A stretch of DNA of 25,005 bases from a virus (Duplodnaviria > Caudoviricetes). The notes under the pieces are model-generated. The model was not told where the DNA came from, did no database searches, and saw only the letters and a list, made by a program, of their open reading frames with translations. The translations under genes and the position numbers were made by a program. Below, piece after piece: positions 1 through 8,466 of this stretch (its first letter is position 1; every line of letters begins with the position of its first letter). The stretch spans positions 1 to 25,005 of IMG/VR virus record IMGVR_UViG_3300020374_000465; one strand, given 5' to 3'.

Positions 1-1377
1 GTTTTCATCTAAATTAAAGTTAACGTAAAACTCCATTGAAACAAGATACTTATTAATTAACTGATTCATTATTGGTAAATATTGTTTAATTATTTTTGTT
101 TTTATTCCACTATCAGATAACATATCTTTTACAGCATTAGTATAAACAATTTCTTCTTTAACTTCACTTCTTCTTTCTTCAAGTTTTTTACAATCTGTTT
201 TTAGTGCATCTAGTTTATCAATATCACTCTCTGATACAGAGCCTTTTTGAAAATCTTCTATTTCTTTATTTAAAGTGTTGTTGTATCTTTTTAATTCAGA
301 AATGGAACTATGCAATTCTGCTTGTTTTATTTCATTCTCTCTTATTTTTTTAAGGACTTTATTTATCTCTGAGAGTCTAGCATCTGCATTGTCTAATTTT
401 AATTTCAAATCTTTTGCATCAGAAATAATTTCTTTAATACTTTTTTCTTTTTCTTTTATCATATTCTCTTTGTGTTCTTCAGAGATATCTTGATAACAAG
501 TTGGACAACTTTGATTTGATCTAAAAAAATTTTCTTCGTGAGAGATTTGTTTATGTTTTGCAGCTATATCTGCCCGATCATTTTTTAATCTTAAAAGCAT
601 TTTTTCAATCTCATCTTTGTCATAACATTCTTTTTCAAGAAAGGTATTTGACATTACTAAATCGTTTTTATCTGCTTCTCTTTCAGAAATCTTATCTTCA
701 TTTTTTGCAAATGAATTATATTTTTCTTCTAAGATTTTGTCTTTGTTTGCTTTTAAGTCATCTATATAATTACTTTGTAATGCGATCTTTTCAATAAATA
801 ATTTAAACTCATAGTCTAAATCTTTTAATTGTTCAGACAATTCTTTTATCTTACCTTTAAGAATAAAATTCATTAAAGAGAAAACTTTTATATCTAAAAT
901 CTCTTCTACAACCTCTCTTCTATGTCTGGCTTTTAATTGCATAAAAGGAACAAATGATGATGAACCCAATATAACAACTTGAGTGAATGAACGATAATTT
1001 AAATGTAATACAGTTTGTTCTAAATACTTTTGATAATCTCTTGAGTTTGCATCTTGATTAACTAATCTATCATCACAGTAAATTTGAAACTTCGTGGGTT
1101 TGATACCACGAATAACTTTCCATTGTCGAGTTCCAATATTAAAAGTAACAATAACTTCTGTAGAGCTTGCATTAATAGTATTAACTAATAAGTTTTTTGG
1201 TATGATACGGAATGGTTTTCCAAACAATCCAAAGCATAAAGCGTCAAGAATAGTAGACTTACCTGCACCATTTTCTCCTACAATTAGTGTTGTATTATTT
1301 TTATCTAGTTCTATTTCTGTAGATGTATTACCAGTTGAAAGGAAATTTTTCCAACTGACAGTTTTAAAATTAATCAA
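1..1377 (-). CDS. gp46: gp46 recombination endonuclease ATPase subunit (Rad50/SbcC-like), 3'-truncated by the window edge; absent from the ORF track
   Basis: Manual translation from TTG at 1377 gives MINFKTVSWKNFLSTGN with Walker A GENGAGKS (~1255-1280), zinc-hook CPTC (~496-507), a long coiled coil and MEFYVNFNLDEN at the edge; lies downstream of gp47. Confidence 0.95.
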   Translation of the reverse strand, partial: MINFKTVSWKNFLSTGNTSTEIELDKNNTTLIVGENGAGKSTILDALCFGLFGKPFRIIPKNLLVNTINASSTEVIVTFNIGTRQWKVIRGIKPTKFQIYCDDRLVNQDANSRDYQKYLEQTVLHLNYRSFTQVVILGSSSFVPFMQLKARHRREVVEEILDIKVFSLMNFILKGKIKELSEQLKDLDYEFKLFIEKIALQSNYIDDLKANKDKILEEKYNSFAKNEDKISEREADKNDLVMSNTFLEKECYDKDEIEKMLLRLKNDRADIAAKHKQISHEENFFRSNQSCPTCYQDISEEHKENMIKEKEKSIKEIISDAKDLKLKLDNADARLSEINKVLKKIRENEIKQAELHSSISELKRYNNTLNKEIEDFQKGSVSESDIDKLDALKTDCKKLEERRSEVKEEIVYTNAVKDMLSDSGIKTKIIKQYLPIMNQLINKYLVSMEFYVNFNLDEN

Positions 1378-1597
1378 TTACTAAGTCACTTTCCGTTTCA
1401 ATAACGACTCTTGCACCACAAGATAATATGGGTTTATCATTTCCACCATAACGAACTACAGATGGACCTTTAATCTCTACTGAATGACAATAGGTATTTT
1501 TACGACCTTCTTTAATTGTTATTACAGGTTCGTTTTTATTATGTTTTTTATTCGCACGAATTACGTGCTGATTTATGTGAATATATTTTTTCGTCAA
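1370..1597 (-). CDS. Small hypothetical phage protein (75 aa)
   Basis: TTG start overlaps the gp47 stop (TTGA) and its stop overlaps the gp46 start, consistent with translational coupling; function not recognised. Confidence 0.8.
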   Translation of the reverse strand: MTKKYIHINQHVIRANKKHNKNEPVITIKEGRKNTYCHSVEIKGPSVVRYGGNDKPILSCGARVVIETESDLVID

Positions 1598-2655
1598 AGT
1601 TCTAAATCCTGAGCTTCATTATATAACCCTCTCATGAGACCTTTTAGTCTATCCTTATCAAGAGTTACATCTAATTCATCAACATATTTATTTAATAGTG
1701 TTGTTGTGTCCTCAGCATGATTTATAATATCATCTGTAACTGTATCTGCTTGTAAGTCAGAAAAATCCTCTATAACTTTTACATCATGTGGATTTGCTTT
1801 TAAAATTTTATCCATAAACCTATCAAAACCATATAAGTCCTTTTTGTTTACAATAATAATTTTAACAAATTTATTTGCAAAAGAATCAACCTTATATTCC
1901 TCGTAATTTATTTTTTCGTCATCATAATAAATTTTTTCGTGTATTGTATTTGTGTTTATAATTCTTTCTAGCTCTAGAGTTTCCGTATCAAAAATATGAA
2001 AACCTTTTGGACAATTGTAATCATTCCAATACATTTCATAAGGAGCACCCAAATAATAAATTTGGCCATCATCTGATTTGTGATGAAAGTGGCCGCTAAA
2101 AACTGTGTCAAATTTTCTGAATGTTTGTTTTTCATAACCATTTTGACTTACTATACCACCATACATTTGAAATCCTTTTATTTCCAAATGACCCATGCAT
2201 ACTTTTGCATTAGTTTCCTCTATCATTCCCATAGAGTAAATATAGTTTTGTGAGTTTATCCACGGCATAAAAAGAATATCTAATCCACCAATATTGACCT
2301 CTGTGGCTTCCTCGTAGATATGAATTTTATTACTACGATTTCCAAGAAGTTCTTTTAAACTATTAATATCATTTGAATTTTTAAAAAAAGTATCGTGATT
2401 ACCACACATTATATGTAGATTCATATCTAACATTTGAAATGGTAAAATAAATCTTTCTCTCATTTCTTTTGCAGTATGATAAGAAACAAATCTTCTTCTA
2501 TCCATCAAATCACCAAGATGAATAACAGTATCTATTCCTCTCATTTCTAAAGTTGGAAAAAATAATCCCTCATAAAATGAATAAAAATAATCTGAAAAGT
2601 GTTTATTATCATTTCTAGCACCAAAATGACTATCCGTAATTAATGCAACTTTCAT
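1594..2655 (-). CDS. gp47: gp47 recombination endonuclease nuclease subunit (Mre11/SbcD-like metallophosphoesterase)
   Basis: Motifs ITDSHFG, HLGD, GNHD, GHLE, SGHFH; synteny gp55-gp47-gp46. Confidence 0.96.
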   Translation of the reverse strand: MKVALITDSHFGARNDNKHFSDYFYSFYEGLFFPTLEMRGIDTVIHLGDLMDRRRFVSYHTAKEMRERFILPFQMLDMNLHIMCGNHDTFFKNSNDINSLKELLGNRSNKIHIYEEATEVNIGGLDILFMPWINSQNYIYSMGMIEETNAKVCMGHLEIKGFQMYGGIVSQNGYEKQTFRKFDTVFSGHFHHKSDDGQIYYLGAPYEMYWNDYNCPKGFHIFDTETLELERIINTNTIHEKIYYDDEKINYEEYKVDSFANKFVKIIIVNKKDLYGFDRFMDKILKANPHDVKVIEDFSDLQADTVTDDIINHAEDTTTLLNKYVDELDVTLDKDRLKGLMRGLYNEAQDLEL

Positions 2656-3201
2656 TTAATCTTCCATAAAGTTTTCTAAAGATTTTGGTGTCTTTTCTTT
2701 TTTTTCTGCCTCTTTACTTTTTAAAATAGGCACAACTGGTAACATCATATCTGCATCAAATCCTTGTACACTATATGGTGTCGTATCACCCTCCATAGTT
2801 TCAAAGGTTCTGTATTCTGCCTTTTCTATTATCTTATGAACGATATGAGCTTGTTTCTTTTCTTTCTGAATACGTCTTATAAATGCATAATAAATTATTT
2901 GTGTAAAATATGCAAATGGATTTTTTGATTTATCAGGGTTGAAATTATAAATGTATTGCAAACAATTTTCTATACCATCTGATATCATTTCATCACGATA
3001 TGTGTAGTTGATAAAGTTTGGTCTAAAAGATAGTCCATTTGCAATTTTTAAAAAACATATTCCTATGTAATCTGGTACGGGTGGTCTTGATTCTCCAACA
3101 CCTTCTGCTTCTTTACATTTCTCCTTAAAGAGTTTCATTTCTTCATATAATTTTTTATTGTCAACATAATGTTGTGGGTTTTGTTTACTTCGTTTAGCCA
3201 T
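2656..3201 (-). CDS. gp55: gp55 late-transcription sigma factor
   Basis: HYVDNK, YIGICFLKIANGLSFRPNFINYTYRDEMISDGIENC, NPFAYFTQIIYYAFIRRIQKEKKQ are gp55 signatures. Confidence 0.97.
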   Translation of the reverse strand: MAKRSKQNPQHYVDNKKLYEEMKLFKEKCKEAEGVGESRPPVPDYIGICFLKIANGLSFRPNFINYTYRDEMISDGIENCLQYIYNFNPDKSKNPFAYFTQIIYYAFIRRIQKEKKQAHIVHKIIEKAEYRTFETMEGDTTPYSVQGFDADMMLPVVPILKSKEAEKKEKTPKSLENFMED

Positions 3202-3208
3202 AGATTTA

Positions 3209-3237
3209 ATTATACACCATTTTTAAGTTATTGTCAA
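3209..3237 (-). promoter_or_regulatory. Consensus sigma70-type (early) promoter for gp55
   Basis: Minus strand reads TTGACA (3237-3232), 17 nt, TATAAT (3214-3209), 7 nt, ATG (3201). Confidence 0.88.
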
Positions 3238-3581
3238 TGAATAGTTTTTTTATTTGTAAGATAATTTTCGTATTCTTTTTCTTCTTCAACAGGTTCTGGT
3301 TTTAGATTTTTATCAATGTTAAGTTCATAAAATTCTGATAAATCATTTGCAGCTTTAACAATTGTTATTATTGAGTTTTTGTTTAATGACATTTCTGTAT
3401 CTGTTGTATATGGCTGAATCCATCTTGTCAAGGTTAAACTTTCAACAAGAGTATTTTTAAATGGTCTTGGAACTAGGTAGAATTTTAAAGGTTTAGATAT
3501 GGTTAAGTTTTCAAGATCATCTTTAATGATCTTACAAACAATATCTTCTCCGTTTGATAATTTTATTATGTGATAACTCAT
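3234..3581 (-). CDS. Conserved T4-like hypothetical protein, possible Sm-like fold
   Basis: N-terminal IIKLSNGEDIV motif and position between uvsW and gp55, as in marine T4-like phages; ATGA overlap with uvsW stop. Confidence 0.7.
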   Translation of the reverse strand: MSYHIIKLSNGEDIVCKIIKDDLENLTISKPLKFYLVPRPFKNTLVESLTLTRWIQPYTTDTEMSLNKNSIITIVKAANDLSEFYELNIDKNLKPEPVEEEKEYENYLTNKKTIH

Positions 3582-5032
3582 TGTAGTTTTACAGAATCTA
3601 AGTTGTATTTAAATTCTTCTCCCTCATAGATATTTATTCTCTCTTGAAAATGCAATAACGTAAAGTTTTTTCTATTCTGATATGTTAAGTCATCTCCAAT
3701 ATCAAATAATTTTGCACCAGACTTATTATCTTTTAATCTTAATCCTCTACCAATTGATTGTAGACTACGAATTCTTGACTTGGTTGGACTAGCAAAGATA
3801 ATGTTGTGCAAGTTACGAATATTAATACCAGTGCTAAAAGTACCGAAACTAGCGATAATAATTCCATCTTTTGATTTCTCGGTAATTGCTCTAATTTGTT
3901 CTCTATCATCTGTTGATACCCCTCCGTGTACAAAAAATATTTTTTTATTAATTGTTCTTAACATCATATCATATAAAACTGAACCATGTTTTTCAACTAA
4001 TTGATAAAGACATAATGTGTTTCCTTTTAAATTTTTACACAAATTAACAATAAAGTTATTTCTATCCTCATGGTTTACTAAAAAATCTAGCTCTTCTTGA
4101 TATGTATATTCCTTTATCATTTTACAAGTGTCTTGTGAATATTTTAATAAAATACAATTGATAGATAAATCTGCAAGAGTTTTTTTATCCATCAACTCTT
4201 TAGTCGTTGTTATTTTTTCAACTTGACCAAACAATCCCTCTAATACAAATCTATGTGTTTGTGTTCCATCTAATGTACCAGTGAATCCAAACTTGTATTT
4301 GCAATCTTCTAATTTAGTCATAATACTTGTTAAAGATTTTGCCTTAAAGGTATGTGCTTCATCTCCAATGACACAGCCATACTTTGCAAAAAACTTTTTA
4401 TTCTGTTTCATCAAAGATTGCCAAGTAGATATTGTTACAGGTTTGTCTGTAACTTTATCGTGGCCACTATAGACTTTGTGTATGTATTTTTCTTCCCAAC
4501 CATAATCAATAAAATCTGATGCCATCTGTTCAACTAATGATGTTGTTGGAACTAATATAAGAATTTGTTTATTTAATAATAATTGATAGTATCTTACAAG
4601 AGAGTATATAATGAGCGACTTACCAGAAGCAGTAGGAGATAAAAACAAACCACGGTGTTTTCTAATTGCGTTCTCAACACAACTTGATTGATAATCACGA
4701 ATTGCAATATCCTTGCCCCTACTTTTTGGTCGTAATGATTTAATAAATTTATCAACATCATCTTTCTCTATATTGTTTTCTTCATCTACTTCTTTGGTAT
4801 ATTTAATACTATTTATTTTACAAAATTTTTCAATATGTGGGAGTAACCCATAATATATTTGATGAGTGTGTTTAGAAAATAAACGAATTTTTCCATCCCA
4901 CATTCTATTTCTATATGCAGGCATATATTTAAACCCTGGTACTTCAAATGTAAAATAATCTGAAAGCTCTTGTGCTAAACTATCGTTTGTTTCTATGTGA
5001 AGATAAACATCATTTAATTTTTTTATCAACAA
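3578..5032 (-). CDS. uvsW: UvsW superfamily 2 DNA/RNA helicase
   Basis: SPTASGKS (motif I), GDEAH (II), TGT (III), QSIGRGLR (VI); N-terminal FTFEVPG...WDGKIRLF. Confidence 0.96.
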   Translation of the reverse strand: MLIKKLNDVYLHIETNDSLAQELSDYFTFEVPGFKYMPAYRNRMWDGKIRLFSKHTHQIYYGLLPHIEKFCKINSIKYTKEVDEENNIEKDDVDKFIKSLRPKSRGKDIAIRDYQSSCVENAIRKHRGLFLSPTASGKSLIIYSLVRYYQLLLNKQILILVPTTSLVEQMASDFIDYGWEEKYIHKVYSGHDKVTDKPVTISTWQSLMKQNKKFFAKYGCVIGDEAHTFKAKSLTSIMTKLEDCKYKFGFTGTLDGTQTHRFVLEGLFGQVEKITTTKELMDKKTLADLSINCILLKYSQDTCKMIKEYTYQEELDFLVNHEDRNNFIVNLCKNLKGNTLCLYQLVEKHGSVLYDMMLRTINKKIFFVHGGVSTDDREQIRAITEKSKDGIIIASFGTFSTGINIRNLHNIIFASPTKSRIRSLQSIGRGLRLKDNKSGAKLFDIGDDLTYQNRKNFTLLHFQERINIYEGEEFKYNLDSVKLQ

Positions 5033-5516
5033 TTATTAAACTTTCTTTTCTCATATGAATATCAGCATATCCACTTTTAATTAGTTGTTTCACAAGATTT
5101 GTAACTCCATGCTGTAATTCATAATCGTGAAAAACAATATAGTCTGTGATGTAATCCCAAAACTTAAATGTATCTTTTCTAACATTTTCGTACATATGAT
5201 TTCCATCAACTAACATCATTTTAAATTTTAATTTTGGATGTAATTTAACAGTTTGACAATCTGCTTGAATAAAATTTAATCTTTTCTTATAATCCTCTGG
5301 TAGATACTGATAATAATCCTCAAGTTTATCTTTCATATCAATAGTTGTTATTACTCTGTCTGTATCTTTTGTTGCATCTAGCATCATTACAGTAGAGCCA
5401 CCAGTTCCTATTTCCAATATATTTCCATTAATAGATGCTACAAACTCATTTAAAAATTGTAACTCCTCATCTCTCATTTGTTGAAGATGTGGATGAGTTT
5501 TAGACCAATTTAGCAT
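5010..5516 (-). CDS. Class I SAM-dependent methyltransferase (Methyltransf_24-like)
   Basis: ILEIGTGGST SAM motif, ITTID, VDGNHMYE, IVFHDY. Confidence 0.82.
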   Translation of the reverse strand: MLNWSKTHPHLQQMRDEELQFLNEFVASINGNILEIGTGGSTVMMLDATKDTDRVITTIDMKDKLEDYYQYLPEDYKKRLNFIQADCQTVKLHPKLKFKMMLVDGNHMYENVRKDTFKFWDYITDYIVFHDYELQHGVTNLVKQLIKSGYADIHMRKESLIIVDKKIK

Positions 5517-6231
5517 ATTCTACATTATCTGACAATATCTTAGTAAGAAAATCATCTTTAGCAATATACATAGGAACAAATCTATCATTTACTTTCATTG
5601 TAAACTTTTCAGTAATTTCTCCAAAATATTCTAACTCTGGTATTTTAAAATCTCCAAATATTGCAATTCTTTTTGTACATAATAACATTGGAAGTTTTTT
5701 ATCTACATCAGATAACCATTTCCAATCTCTTTGATTTCCAATATTTGTTACTCTACGCTCTAAATTAATTCTGTGAACACCAACATATAGTTTCGGTAAG
5801 ACATTTCCATTCCAAGTTACATTTACGCCATTTGAATCGTGATCATTCCAACCTGTTCCTAAACTATCAATTATACAATCATAATACTCGTTAAAAACTT
5901 CTCCATCATATTTTTCTTTTATTAATTTATATTCACCATTATAATCAAACATCTTTTTAAATCTTTGATGTTTTCTATCTATATCTTCATTTGGTTTGCC
6001 GTCTTTAGCCCAATCCTCTAAACAATCTATATTAACACAACTTTTTACTTGATTGTTGCTTTGGGCTATAAAAAAATCTAAATTAATACAACCACCAATA
6101 CATTTAACTGTTTTTATTGATTTAAATAACCTTTGTAATATTTCATAATCATGTAATTGATACTCAAAATAGACTTCATCTAAATCTTGTATTTTCCATA
6201 ACTCATATACTTTACTAGCCCAATCTATCAT
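5500..6231 (-). CDS. Hypothetical protein (243 aa)
   Basis: Long ORF overlapping both neighbours; no family confidently recognised. Confidence 0.7.
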   Translation of the reverse strand: MIDWASKVYELWKIQDLDEVYFEYQLHDYEILQRLFKSIKTVKCIGGCINLDFFIAQSNNQVKSCVNIDCLEDWAKDGKPNEDIDRKHQRFKKMFDYNGEYKLIKEKYDGEVFNEYYDCIIDSLGTGWNDHDSNGVNVTWNGNVLPKLYVGVHRINLERRVTNIGNQRDWKWLSDVDKKLPMLLCTKRIAIFGDFKIPELEYFGEITEKFTMKVNDRFVPMYIAKDDFLTKILSDNVEYAKLV

Positions 6232-6815
6232 ATTACAGAATTTTGTAAAGTGCCTTTGTCACCATACTCTCCACGAACTAATATATTCCAAGATATACTA
6301 ATTCTTTTTTCTGGTGTTGCAGGTACCCAATGTTGTAACCAAGATGGAAATATAAATCCATAATTTTCTGTAGAATCAAATTGTATCATACTAGAGTTTA
6401 ACCAATTTGCTTTTCTTTTAGGATTCAACACATTTGCTTGAGGTCTTGGATCAAAAAATTGTATTGGTGATGTACGACTTGATGTCTTTAAATAATAAAC
6501 ACCTGACAAAAAATTATTAGAGTGTGTATGTGGTTGATGTATTTCTCCACCTTGTAAAGTGTTTGCCCACATACCAGTCATGTCTAATCTATCAAAAATA
6601 TATCCTAACTCTGTAAGATGTTTTTGATTTATTTCAAAAATAAAATTTGCAAAATCTTTAAATTCTGAAGTTGTATGTAAATCATCTTTTGTTTGTTGAA
6701 AGCCTGTACGATCTTTTACATAACTTAACATTTCTTTTTTAGATTGTACAGAGGATTCATATTGAAACTCAGCTACAACTGTAGGAAAACACATATGTTT
6801 TTTTAAATCAGCCAT
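6228..6815 (-). CDS. Putative 2OG-Fe(II) oxygenase (TIGR02466-like)
   Basis: WAN...HQPHTHSNNFLSGVYY, FFDPRP, IFPSWLQHWV, RISISWN. Confidence 0.88.
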   Translation of the reverse strand: MADLKKHMCFPTVVAEFQYESSVQSKKEMLSYVKDRTGFQQTKDDLHTTSEFKDFANFIFEINQKHLTELGYIFDRLDMTGMWANTLQGGEIHQPHTHSNNFLSGVYYLKTSSRTSPIQFFDPRPQANVLNPKRKANWLNSSMIQFDSTENYGFIFPSWLQHWVPATPEKRISISWNILVRGEYGDKGTLQNSVI

Positions 6816-7345
6816 GTTACTATACTATACCTCGTTCCTTTTTTAATTATTTTCACTTCATGAGGAAACATAAAGTTTGATGGAAATATTATTGCAGAAC
6901 CTTTTTTAGTTGTATATTCAACATCTGCAACAATAAATTCACCACCTTCGTAATCATCATTTAGAAATAACAATGCTGATACTTGTGGATAACCATATTG
7001 TTGTCCGTGAGAGTGATGAATGTTGTCAATATGTTTAGACATAAATCCGTCAACAGAATATTTGTTAAGTCTAAAATCACAATGTCTTTGACAAGTAAAC
7101 AATTCATGTTGTGCATGATATTTTTTTATGACTTCAGAAAAAGAATCAAGGATATCTTTGAAGAATGGTTGACCTTCACGAAACCAAACGTCATCCATTT
7201 TAACTCGTTCCTCACTATTTTTAATAATGCCCTTATTGTTTGCATATTGTGACTTTGATAAATTTAAAGTTTCACTATGTTTTATTAAATCATCACACAA
7301 TTTATTTGAAAGTATGTTCTCATAATATCCAATCCATTGTTTCAT
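6803..7345 (-). CDS. 2OG-Fe(II) oxygenase (prolyl 4-hydroxylase-like)
   Basis: HxD (KHID), LFLNDDYEGGEF, IFPSNFMFPHEV, GTRYSIVTW. Confidence 0.9.
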   Translation of the reverse strand: MKQWIGYYENILSNKLCDDLIKHSETLNLSKSQYANNKGIIKNSEERVKMDDVWFREGQPFFKDILDSFSEVIKKYHAQHELFTCQRHCDFRLNKYSVDGFMSKHIDNIHHSHGQQYGYPQVSALLFLNDDYEGGEFIVADVEYTTKKGSAIIFPSNFMFPHEVKIIKKGTRYSIVTWLI

Positions 7346-7776
7346 TTTCCAGCCTCAAACTTTCTCCACTCTATGGCGTTTTTTATATCCCAACCCCTAC
7401 TTGTAATTGATTTAAGTATTGAATCACAATATTTAATGATTGTTTCTAGATATAAAATTTTGTTAGTTGCATCTATCATCTCTTCATCTGCATCAATATA
7501 GATAGATAAATCTGCTTTTAGTATTTTTAAATCAAATGGTTTCTCTCTATATACTTTTGCATCAGACCTTCCACTATAATATTCCCATTTATTTTTATAT
7601 AAAATCTTCTGTTCACTTTTTGCTTTAAAAACTAAAAATTCAAATTTTGTTTTTATATCAGAATACTTTGCATATAGTTCTTGACTTCTCAAAGACTCTG
7701 TGTCTAAGTGATTATCATTGATGGGTAAATCTTTTTCTACTAATTTTTTTAATTCGTCTAAAGTCATATTGGACAT
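7342..7776 (-). CDS. uvsY: UvsY recombination mediator
   Basis: WEYYSG, PFDLKILKAD, RGWDIKNAIEWRKFEAG C-terminus; position after gp3. Confidence 0.92.
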   Translation of the reverse strand: MSNMTLDELKKLVEKDLPINDNHLDTESLRSQELYAKYSDIKTKFEFLVFKAKSEQKILYKNKWEYYSGRSDAKVYREKPFDLKILKADLSIYIDADEEMIDATNKILYLETIIKYCDSILKSITSRGWDIKNAIEWRKFEAGK

Positions 7777-7794
7777 AATAACATAAAAACAAAG

Positions 7795-8388
7795 TTATGT
7801 CAATGTTTTTATTTCATAATATTTGTAAGAGAAATCAGCTGTTGTTGTTAAATATTGAACATCTGTTGCATCTTGTGTAAATTGTAATCCACCAATTAGA
7901 ACTGGGTAAAAATCTTCAAACCTAACCTCTACAATGGGATTGTTTTTATTAGATAATATTGTTAGAGTAGCATCAGAAAATAAAGAGTTCGCAGGTGTTG
8001 GAGGTCTATTATCAATTGCAATGTCTTGACTTATTCCTCTTGTTGCTGTTGGAGTATTTGATGTTGAACTTCTAAAATTAGAGAATTGTGTTCGTGATTT
8101 TGGAAATCCTATTGCAAGTAACCAATCGTGAAGTTCTTTATAGTTTTCTAAAAACTCATCTACCATAAAAGTAATATTTAAATTTTCAAAAGTTAAAGTA
8201 TCACCCATCACAGGTATTGCTTTAAGTGGTGTAGGAAAAATTGCTTCGCCAAGATTGATACCTGGCAAATTACACGCAGAAACAAAGTATTCAACTTTTG
8301 GAAGTTGAGAGATAACAAGTCTAAACTGTGTTGGACTTGCATAATCTAATTTTGTTGGTTGTCTTTGTAATCCAAATAATTCTGACAT
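7795..8388 (-). CDS. gp3: gp3 tail tube terminator / tail completion protein
   Basis: SPTQF, PKVEYF, NLPGI, FMVDE.LENY.ELHDW, DATLTILS; follows gp23 as in marine T4-like phages. Confidence 0.88.
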   Translation of the reverse strand: MSELFGLQRQPTKLDYASPTQFRLVISQLPKVEYFVSACNLPGINLGEAIFPTPLKAIPVMGDTLTFENLNITFMVDEFLENYKELHDWLLAIGFPKSRTQFSNFRSSTSNTPTATRGISQDIAIDNRPPTPANSLFSDATLTILSNKNNPIVEVRFEDFYPVLIGGLQFTQDATDVQYLTTTADFSYKYYEIKTLT

Positions 8389-8406
8389 TTATTTTCCTTA
8401 TACAAG

Positions 8407-8414
8407 TATTTATC
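8407..8414 (-). promoter_or_regulatory. Probable late promoter (GATAAATA variant) for gp3
   Basis: One mismatch to TATAAATA; immediately after the gp23 terminator and upstream of an AAGGA RBS and the gp3 ATG. Confidence 0.6.
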
Positions 8415-8416
8415 AC

Positions 8417-8456
8417 AAAAAAAAGGGGGCGATGAACGCCCCCCTAAGTTTTTTTT
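8417..8456 (-). terminator. Rho-independent terminator after gp23 (possibly bidirectional)
   Basis: Minus strand GGGGGCG-TTCAT-CGCCCCC followed by T8; a T run also follows the hairpin on the plus strand. Confidence 0.92.
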
Positions 8457-8466
8457 GAAACAAAGA

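Noticed and set aside
275-1384. Plus-strand ORFs 275-493, 558-797 and 1094-1384
   Set aside because: Antisense shadows of gp46, which is open on the minus strand across the whole region.
3739-4472. Short ORFs inside uvsW
   Set aside because: Nested or antisense to a conserved helicase, with no recognisable motifs.
8389-8466. Absence of gp24 after gp23 and short gp23 N-terminus
   Set aside because: Normal for marine T4-like phages.
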